This document shows positions 55,033-64,000 of a stretch of 64,000 nucleotides of DNA, one piece after another; positions within the stretch are counted from its first letter, which is position 1, and each line of letters opens with the position of its first letter. Position numbers and translations under genes: made by a program. Origin of the DNA: Neocallimastix sp. 'constans' (Eukaryota); contig JBODTK010000001.1 of NCBI GenBank assembly GCA_050613775.1, positions 248,001 through 312,000 of the forward strand. The letters are read 5' to 3'. The notes under the pieces are model-generated. The model saw only the letters and a program-made list of their open reading frames with translations. It made no database searches and had not been told where the DNA came from.

Positions 55033-56697
55033 CTAAAATCCATCACTCCAAATCTTTGAACATCTGTCATTAATAGCTTGACATTCAGTAATTAAGGCTT
55101 CAGACCATGGTTGTTTCCAGCAATCATTCAATTCGGCATAACAAGCATCAGACTTCTTCTGTTTACAACTCCAGTCATCCATGGCGCATCTAGTACTAGA
55201 AGATTCTTGAGTTGGCTTTGTGTTTGGAAGAGTTTTGGTGGCTGGTAAGGTTTTAGTCTTTGGAATAGTCTTTGTCTTTGGAAGAGTTTTAGTATTTGGT
55301 AGAGTCTTTGTCTTTGGAAGAGTTTTAGTTACTGGAAGAGTTTTGGTTTTTGGAAGAGTCTTTGTCTTTGGAAGAGTTTTAGTATTTGGAAGAGTTTTGG
55401 TTTTTGGAAGAGTTTTAGTTACTGGAAGAGTTTTAGTTTTTGGAAGAGTTTTAGTTTTTGGAAGAGTTTTAGTTACTGGAAGAGTTTTAGTTACTGGAAG
55501 AGTTTTAGTTACTGGAAGAGTTTTAGTTTTTGGAAGAGTTTTAGTTACTGGAAGAGTTTTAGTTACTGGAAGAGTTTTAGTTTTTGGAAGAGTTTTAGTT
55601 TTTGGAAGAGTTTTAGTTACTGGAAGAGTTTTAGTTTTTGGAAGAGTCTTAGTATTTGGAAGAGTTTTGGTTTTTGGAAGAGTTTTAGTTACTGGAAGAG
55701 TTTTGGTTTTTGGAAGAGTTTTAGTTACTGGAAGAGTTTTAGTTTTTGGAAGAGTTTTAGTTACTGGAAGAGTTTTGGTCTTTGGAAGAGTTTTAGTTAC
55801 TGGAAGAGTTTTGGTCTTTGGAAGAGTTTTAGTATTTGGAAGAGTCTTTGTCTTTGGAAGAGTTTTAGTTACTGGAAGAGTTTTGGTCTTTGGAAGAGTT
55901 TTAGTTACTGGAAGAGTTTTGGTCTTTGGAAGAGTTTTAGTTACTGGAAGAGTTTTGGTCTTTGGAAGAGTTTTAGTCACTGGAAGAGTTTTGGTCGTTG
56001 GAAGAGTTTTAGTTACTGGAAGAGTTTTGGTCTTTGGAAGAGTTTTAGTCACTGGAAGAGTTTTGGTCTTTGGAAGAGTTTTAGTCACTGGAAGAGTTTT
56101 GGTCGTTGGAAGTGTTTTAGTTACTGGAAGTGTTTTAGTTTTTGGAAGAGTTTTAGTCACTGGAAGAGTTTTGGTCTTTGGAAGAGTTTTAGTTACTGGA
56201 AGAGTTTTAGTTTTTGGAAGAGTTTTAGTCACTGGAAGAGTTTTGGTCTTTGGAAGAGTTTTAGTTACTGGAAGAGTTTTAGTCTTTGGAAGAGTTTTAA
56301 CATTTGGAAGAGTCTTTGTCTTTGGAAGAGTTTTAGTATTTGGAAGAGTTTTAGTTACTGGAAGAGTTTTAGTTTTTGGAAGAGTCTTAGTATTTGGAAG
56401 AGTTTTGGTTTTTGGAAGAGTTTTAGTTACTGGAAGAGTTTTGGTTTTTGGAAGAGTTTTAGTTACTGGAAGAGTTTTAGTTTTTGGAAGAGTTTTAGTT
56501 ACTGGAAGAGTTTTGGTCTTTGGAAGAGTTTTAGTTACTGGAAGAGTTTTGGTCTTTGGAAGAGTCTTAACATTGGGAAGAGTCTTTGTCGTTGAAAGAT
56601 TTTTAATATTTGGAAGAGTTTTAGTAGTTGCTTTAGCTGCTTCAGCTTGGAAAGCTAAGGCCACAATACAAGAGAATAATATTTTGCTAAGTTTCAT
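55033..56697 (-). CDS. Secreted repeat protein, paralog 3 (554 aa), roughly 75-80 TKTLP[V/K/N/T] hexapeptides
   Basis: Intact ORF; signal peptide; 18-bp coding repeat with synonymous variation; same 6-Cys C-terminal domain. Confidence 0.92.
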   Translation of the reverse strand: MKLSKILFSCIVALAFQAEAAKATTKTLPNIKNLSTTKTLPNVKTLPKTKTLPVTKTLPKTKTLPVTKTLPKTKTLPVTKTLPKTKTLPVTKTLPKTKTLPNTKTLPKTKTLPVTKTLPNTKTLPKTKTLPNVKTLPKTKTLPVTKTLPKTKTLPVTKTLPKTKTLPVTKTLPKTKTLPVTKTLPKTKTLPVTKTLPTTKTLPVTKTLPKTKTLPVTKTLPKTKTLPVTKTLPTTKTLPVTKTLPKTKTLPVTKTLPKTKTLPVTKTLPKTKTLPVTKTLPKTKTLPNTKTLPKTKTLPVTKTLPKTKTLPVTKTLPKTKTLPVTKTLPKTKTLPVTKTLPKTKTLPNTKTLPKTKTLPVTKTLPKTKTLPKTKTLPVTKTLPVTKTLPKTKTLPVTKTLPVTKTLPVTKTLPKTKTLPKTKTLPVTKTLPKTKTLPNTKTLPKTKTLPKTKTLPVTKTLPKTKTLPNTKTLPKTKTIPKTKTLPATKTLPNTKPTQESSSTRCAMDDWSCKQKKSDACYAELNDCWKQPWSEALITECQAINDRCSKIWSDGF

Positions 56698-59600
56698 TTT
56701 TTTTTTTAACTTTCTTTGTTTAAATTTATTTTTTATTCAATTCTTTATTAAATAAAACTTTTAATTCACTTTTAGTTTTTGTTTTTGATCAAAAAAACAA
56801 TTATTAATAATAATTAATAAGATGGATTATAGATTAATTAATATCTTTATTATAATAATAATAAATTTTATTTTCTTTATATTTCTTTTTAAAACAATTT
56901 TTTTTATTATTAAATTGAAGATTATATCAAATAACCTTTTAATTCAAAACAAAAAAAAAAAAAAAATTAATAATCTATTAAATATCCTATAATAATAAAA
57001 GAAAAAAAAAGAAAATTGATTTTCCAAAAACTTTGAAATTTTAATCGGTTTATATATCAATTTCATTATATACATAACAAATAAAATGTTTCATATTAAT
57101 AATTAAAAATATATATACACTTTAATATAATATTAAAACATTTTAATTTTTAATTTTTAATTAAATATGATAATCCTATTATTATTATTATTATTATATT
57201 GTTTATTATTATTATTATTATTATATTATTATTATTAACTTGTTTTTAATTAATATTAAAAAAAAATAATATGAAAATGTGGAAAAAAATAAAACTGTGA
57301 CATAGAAATAGTTTTATCTCTTATTATAATTAATTAAATACAAATATAACAATAAATATAAATTAAAAGTCATGATTCCTAATCAAATAGATTAAACTAT
57401 TTCATTTATAAAAAACAAAAAAAAACAATAAAAAAAAAAAAACGAAATTATATATAAATAATATATACATATAATTATATAATTATATTTAAACAATACA
57501 TAAATAAATATATATATGAAAAATTATTTAATGGATAAAGATAGAAAAAAATAAAAATAAAAAATAAAAAATTGGTGAATTTAATTAATTAATAACTTGA
57601 GATGAAAAAAAAAATTTTTTTTTTTTTTTTCACTGGTGATAGAATTAATATATAATATAATATATTTAAATATTTTTTAAATAAATTAATATAAATTGAC
57701 ATTGATACAAAAAAATGGTAAAATTTTAAAAATAAAAAAATAAAAAATACAAATAAGAAGTAAATAAATATTATAAAATAAAAAAAGAAGAAAAAAACTA
57801 TAAATTTAAAATATAAAAAATATTTATTTTATTTTATTTTATTTTCTATTGCATTTTATTTGTAATTTTTTGTTATAAAATACTTTAATGAATATAATAA
57901 TTTTTTTTTTTTTTTTAAATAATTAACAATAATTATTTATAATTATATTTTAGATATAAAATTTTTAAAAGTAATTTTTTAGTATTATACTATTTTAATA
58001 TAATATAAAGTTTAATTGTTTTAAAGTTCTAACATAAATTAATTTATCTTAATTAAAAAAAATTAAAAATAGAAACAAAAAAAATAAATAAAAAAAAATA
58101 AAATAAAAAAATAAAAAAATAAAAAATTTTATAATATGAATGTACCCACCAAAAAATTTTATTAAAAATTTTTATTTTTTATCCACATTAACTATTAAAA
58201 GAAAAAAATTAGAATAATAAAAATTATATATTCATAAAATTTCTAAATAGTAATAATAAATTGCAGAATATAAACTGAAAATAATAAAGATAATATTCAT
58301 ATAAAAAAAAAATTATATATATATTAAATAAATCAGAATCAGAATACTGAATCATATTGATTATGAAACACTACTATGATAAGTATTAAAGATTTTAATT
58401 TTAATATTATAATTGTTTGTACTATTTAATAATAATACCAATTATAATAATAATAATTATGATATTATTATTATTATTATTATTATTCATTATTCATTAT
58501 TAATCATTAATTATTGTCCATTATTGATATTATTGTTATAATTATTCATTATTTATTATTCATTATTTATTATTCATTATTTATTATTCATTATTCATTA
58601 TTCATTATTTATTATTCATTATTTATTATTCATTATTTATTATCCATTTTATTATTATTCATTATTCATTATTATTGTTATTCATTATTCATTATTATTG
58701 TTATTCATTATTCATTATTATTATTATTCATGATTCATTATTTTTGTTATTCAATTATTATTGTGATAATAATATTTACCATGAATAATGTAAAATATTA
58801 AAAAATTTAAATAAACTTTCTATAATAATAAAAACAACATAAATTTTAATAATTCATTTTATTATTATTTACTTTTTATTATTTATTATTTATTAATTAT
58901 TATTATACTTTTAATTATTATTTATTATTTATTAATGAACAATTATGAATATATTGAATTTCGGAACGTGATTTATTAGTATAATTTATTTCGTAATTTA
59001 ACGCCCCACATTTTTGATTTTTTTTTTTTAAAATAATTGTAAATAAATAAATAAACGAAACTTGAAATAAATATGAATCGGTTAATTTTTTTTTAACCAA
59101 CAAAATAATTTCTCATAAGCACTTTATTTATAATTGTCACTTTAAAAAAAAAAAAAAAAAAGGAAAATTAAATAAATATACAATAAATAAAATAAATAAT
59201 AAATATTTAAATTAAGTAAATAAATAAATATTATTAAATATTTTATTATTATTTTGTAAAAAATGTTAAACATTATTTAATATATTTTTTTTTTATTATT
59301 TTATTAAAAAATTTCTTTATTTCTTTATTATATTTTAAATTTATATTAACGATTTACTTATGTACGTAACTTTATTTAAAGCCACGTTCCATAATACAAC
59401 TCTACAATTTTATTTATCGAATTATTTGATAGGATAGGATACTAATGCCCTAATCCAAAAAAAAATTATTATATTTTAATTCTATTCATCAAAAAAATCA
59501 TCTAATAAGCATTTTATTTAAAACGGTTACTTTAAAATAAAAAAAGAATTAAATAACTAAACCCTAAATAAAATTAAATATAATAATTTTTCAATTGCCA

Positions 59601-60001
59601 TTTCAAGATGAACTATTTTCGAAATATAATGATATATATAATCTTGTAATAATTACTTAAAGAATTTATTTTCAAAAAATCCTATATAAATTAATATTGA
59701 TATTACAAGAAGAAAAATCCTAATTTTATATTTTATTATATATTTTATTTTTATTTTAACAAAAGATATTAAAATATGTATGTAAAATTAGATATTATTA
59801 TATAATTCATTATTTTAAAAATTAAATATTCTTAAATATTATGAATGTAGGGCATTTCGCAATGTGACTTATAAGTTTTTTTTTATTTAATATTTATTTA
59901 TATATATTTTAAATAAAACTTTTCTAATATTTTATTTTAATTAAATAAAGTTATCAAAAAATTTCTATATTTTTTAATTTTTTTTTTTCCCTTCTATTAT
60001 A

Positions 60002-60060
<59 letters not shown>

Positions 60061-60357
60061 ATATTTATATTTATACATATTATTTGTGAAACACATTATA
60101 TTCAAAATTATAATACTTTCATAAAATTTTATTTGTTAATTATTTTTATTTTTAATTTTTAATTTATAATACTTTATTCTAAAAGTAATTATTGTATTAT
60201 TTTATTATTATTATTTTAAGTAATTTTTAATTTTTTTTTTTTTCTTAGTATAATTACTGTTTTTATAATTTCTTTTATATTATATTACTTCCTTTTCTTT
60301 TTTTATACATATATATATTATTTGAAATAAATAAAGAAGAGGAGAATGTAGTTTTCT

Positions 60358-60388
<31 letters not shown>

Positions 60389-60613
60389 TTTTATTTTTTT
60401 TAACAATTAAATAGCTTTAATTTATTATTAATTTATTAATAAATAAATCTTTTTTGAAAGATAGTTTTTTAATGAACAAAACGTTTTACAAAAATTAAAC
60501 TCTAATACTAAAATATTTATAATATTATATAGTTATAAATAAAATAGTTCATTGTATTTGCAATAGGGAAAATAATTTTTTTTTTGCTATGCGAATTTTA
60601 TTTATTTGTTGTT

Positions 60614-62248
60614 TTAAAATGCCCAAATCTTTGAACATTCTTCATTAATAGCATTACATTCCTTAGCTACAGCTTCTGAATATTGTTGTCTCCAGCAAGC
60701 ATTTAATCTAGCATAACATTCATCAGATAAACGTTGCTTACAAGTCCAATCATCGTTTTTACATTTTTTGTTTGTGTTAGTTGGTTGTATAGTTTTAGTA
60801 GTCTTAGTGGTTGATCTTGGAATAGTCTTAGTAGTTGGTTTTGGAAGAGTCTTAGAGGTCTTCTTAGTTGGAAGTGGAAGAGTCTTAGAAGTCTTCTTAG
60901 TAGTTGGAAGTGGAAGAGTCTTAGAAGTCTTCTTAGTAGTTGGAACTGGGAGAGTCTTAGAAGTCTTCTTTGTAGTTGGAACTGGAAGAGTTTTAGAGGT
61001 CTTCTTAGTTGGAAGTGGAAGAGTCTTAGAAGTCTTCTTTGTAGTTGGGACTGGAAGTGTCTTAGAAGTCTTCTTAGTAGTTGGAACTGGAAGAGTCTTA
61101 GAGGCCTTCTTAGTTGGAAGTGGAAGAGTCTTAGAAGTTTTCTTAGTAGTTGGGACTGGGAGAGTTTTAGAGGTTTTCTTAGTAGTTGGCACTGGGAGAG
61201 TCTTAGATGTTTTCTTAGTAGTTGGAACTGGAAGAGTCTTAGAGGCCTTCTTAGTAGTTGGAAGTGGAAGAGTCTTAGAGGCCTTCTTAGTAGTTGGAAG
61301 TGGAAGAGTCTTAGAGGCCTTTTTAGTAGTTGGAACTGGGAGAGTCTTAGAGGCCTTCTTAGTAGTTGGAACTGGGAGAGTCTTAGAGGCCTTCTTAGTA
61401 GTTGGAACTGGAAGAGTCTTAGAGGCCTTCTTAGTAGTTGGAACTGGGAGAGTCTTAGAGGTCTTTTTAGTAGTTGGAAGTGGAAGAGTCTTAGAGGCCT
61501 TTTTAGTAGTTGGAACTGGGAGAGTCTTAGAGGCCTTCTTAGTAGTTGGAAGTGGAAGAGTCTTAGAGGCCTTCTTAGTAGTTGGGACTGGAAGTGTCTT
61601 AGAAGTCTTCTTAGTAGTTGGAACTGGAAGAGTCTTAGAGGTCTTCTTAGTTGGAAGTGGAAGAGTCTTAGAAGTTTTCTTAGTAGTTGGGACTGGGAGA
61701 GTTTTAGAGGTTTTCTTAGTAGTTGGCACTGGGAGAGTCTTAGATGTTTTCTTAGTAGTTGGAACTGGAAGAGTCTTAGAGGCCTTCTTAGTAGTTGGAA
61801 GTGGAAGAGTCTTAGAGGCCTTTTTAGTAGTTGGAAGTGGAAGAGTCTTAGAGGCCTTTTTAGTAGTTGGAACTGGGAGAGTCTTAGAGGCCTTCTTAGT
61901 AGTTGGAAGTGGAAGAGTCTTAGAGGCCTTTTTAGTAGTTGGAACTGGGAGAGTCTTAGAGGTCTTTTTAGTTGGAAGTGGAAGAGTCTTAGAAGTCTTC
62001 TTAGCTGGAAGTGGAAGAGTTTTAGAAGTCTTCTTAGTGGTTGGGACTGGAAGAGATTTAGTGGAACTAGATTTTGGGTTTTTTGCTGGAAGAGTACTGC
62101 TGATTATTGGAAGACTTTTGGTAATTGATTTTGTTGGAAGTGTCTTGCTACTAATAGCTTTTGGAAGTGTTTTTGTAGCAGCACTAGCGTTTTCAGCATG
62201 TAAAGCTAAAGTAACAACACAAGCTAATAAAAATTTATTGAATTTCAT
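60614..62248 (-). CDS. Secreted repeat protein, paralog 4 (544 aa), roughly 35 KTLP[V/L]PTTKK[A/T]S units
   Basis: Intact ORF; signal peptide; 11/12-aa repeats; same 6-Cys C-terminal domain. Confidence 0.92.
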   Translation of the reverse strand: MKFNKFLLACVVTLALHAENASAATKTLPKAISSKTLPTKSITKSLPIISSTLPAKNPKSSSTKSLPVPTTKKTSKTLPLPAKKTSKTLPLPTKKTSKTLPVPTTKKASKTLPLPTTKKASKTLPVPTTKKASKTLPLPTTKKASKTLPLPTTKKASKTLPVPTTKKTSKTLPVPTTKKTSKTLPVPTTKKTSKTLPLPTKKTSKTLPVPTTKKTSKTLPVPTTKKASKTLPLPTTKKASKTLPVPTTKKASKTLPLPTTKKTSKTLPVPTTKKASKTLPVPTTKKASKTLPVPTTKKASKTLPVPTTKKASKTLPLPTTKKASKTLPLPTTKKASKTLPVPTTKKTSKTLPVPTTKKTSKTLPVPTTKKTSKTLPLPTKKASKTLPVPTTKKTSKTLPVPTTKKTSKTLPLPTKKTSKTLPVPTTKKTSKTLPVPTTKKTSKTLPLPTTKKTSKTLPLPTKKTSKTLPKPTTKTIPRSTTKTTKTIQPTNTNKKCKNDDWTCKQRLSDECYARLNACWRQQYSEAVAKECNAINEECSKIWAF

Positions 62249-64000
62249 ATTGGATTAATAATTACTTAATAATAAAAAAAAAACTTAATTTATTTAAAAT
62301 TAGAATATCTATTTATTCTATATTGTATTGACTCAATCAAACAATATTTTCTTATTTATTATTATATATATAAATATATATAATTTTTTTCTTTATTTTT
62401 TCAAAAAATAAAGTTGTATTTTTAAAAAAAAAAATGAAGAAAAATCAATTGTTTTTATAGTTTAGAATTATTAATGCAATAAATTAAATATTTTATATTT
62501 TAACTTCTTTAATAATCTATAATAATATTCTTAAATTTTAATTTTTATTTTCATTGTATAATTTTATTTGGAATAATTTTAAAATTTTACTTATTTAAAA
62601 ATTATATATTTAAAATTATACAAAGTTTATGTAGCACAATACAAAAATTAATATAATAATATATTATTATATTGTAATGCATTATATTATATATTAAATA
62701 TCACAAGTAAATTTTAAAAAAAATGTTTTTTTTTCTAATCATTTTATTTATATTAAAAAAAAAAATTATAATATTATATTATTTTAAAGTTACACAAACT
62801 GATTTATACTATTAATTTTTATTCCTTAATTTTTAATAATTAAAATAATAATAATAAAAAAAAAGAAATAAATAAATAAATAAATAAATTATCTTATTGC
62901 TATTTATGGTTAAGTCGATATAATGGAATTGGCATATGTTAAATTATTTATTATTTATTAAATATTTATTGAAAAAAATATTTATTATTTTATTTCATTT
63001 TTCTAAATTTAAATAGTTTTAACTATGGAAATCAATTTTTTTTTTCTTTCTTTTAGTCAAAAATATATTAACTAGCTAAAAAGAGGTTTTAATATTCATT
63101 AAAACAAAATGTTAAACAAAAGATAAAAATATTAAACATTTGATCTTAAAAATAAATAAATATAAATAACAATGATTAAATTACTAAAGACAATTCTTTT
63201 TTTCGTTAAAAACATTTTGTATATTTGAATAAAATAATATTATAAAACTATTATACTTATAAATTAAAAAAAATAATAGACAATTAAAATTAAGGAAAGA
63301 ATAATTTAAGGATTTAAAAAAGAAATTCTTATTATTTCTATAATAATAATAATAATAATAATCATAAAAATTATATTAATAATACTAATAATAATAAAAT
63401 ATTTTTATTAGTATTATTAATATAATAAAAAATAACTCAAATATTATAAAATTAACTTTGAAAAGGTGAAATTTTAGATAGATAGGGGAAGAATATATAA
63501 ATGTATATATAATATATATATTTATAATTTTAATTTTATTTATTGTTTATTACTTATTGTTTGTTTTTTTATGTTTTTTATTGTTAATTTTTATATTTTG
63601 TAATTATTATTTATTTATTTTATTTTATTTTATTTTATTTAATTTCATCTTTTTGTTTAATTGGGGATATTTAATAATAATTTATTATTAAATTAGATTT
63701 AAAATTAAATTAATTTAAATAAAATAAATTAATTTAAATATAAATTTTTTGTTTGGTTCGTGATTCATTTATATCATATGTTTTACACAGAAAATGAATT
63801 TGACAATTTCTATAAGGAGTATTTTCAGTTATTAATTTTTTTTTTAGACAAAGATAAAATTTTATTTTAATTTCTTTTTTTTCAAAATTTTGTTAATTTT
63901 GTTAATTTTGTTTAAAAGAATATTAAATTAAGTATTCATTTAATAGAAGTTAATAAAAAAAAAAAAAAAATTAAAAAGTATAATTTAAAAATTAGTAATA

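Noticed and set aside
55033..62248. Repeat proteins as fungal RiPP (dikaritin/KEP) precursors or ice-binding TxT proteins
   Set aside because: No KR sites in the repeats, dibasic sites absent from the paralog 3 repeats, no tailoring enzymes nearby, and regular prolines argue against a beta-helix; kept only as a minor hypothesis.
45333..62258. Long antisense and alternate-frame ORFs (45449, 49917, 55220, 60768 on +; 45333, 49801 on -)
   Set aside because: Shadows of the repetitive sense CDSs; the signal peptide and conserved Cys domain lie in the called minus-strand frames.

Overview
Extremely AT-rich eukaryotic DNA with long homopolymers and microsatellites. Composition and gene content suggest an anaerobic gut fungus (Neocallimastigomycota); this is inference. 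Apparently intact genes: a Cys-rich secreted/membrane protein (15774-16454), a two-exon DUF229/alkaline-phosphatase-superfamily membrane protein (26560-29110), and a tandem cluster of four minus-strand secreted proteins (45238-62248). Those four share a signal peptide, Lys/Thr/Pro-rich '[S/T]KxLP' repeats and a conserved 6-Cys, 3-Trp C-terminal domain. Mobile DNA: a full-length decayed Ty1/copia element whose primer-binding site matches a tRNA-Lys(CUU) half-molecule, a Mutator transposon (perfect 9-bp TSD) nested inside a poly(A)-tailed tRNA-like SINE, a MULE-type MITE, two further dispersed repeat families, LINE RT and LTR remnants. There is also an Hsp20 pseudogene. The most striking signal missing from the ORF track is at 17.8-20.5 kb: co-oriented, intronless, frameshifted remnants of an mRNA cap guanine-N7 methyltransferase and a divergent Rpb2-type RNA polymerase subunit, a probable endogenised large DNA virus fragment.
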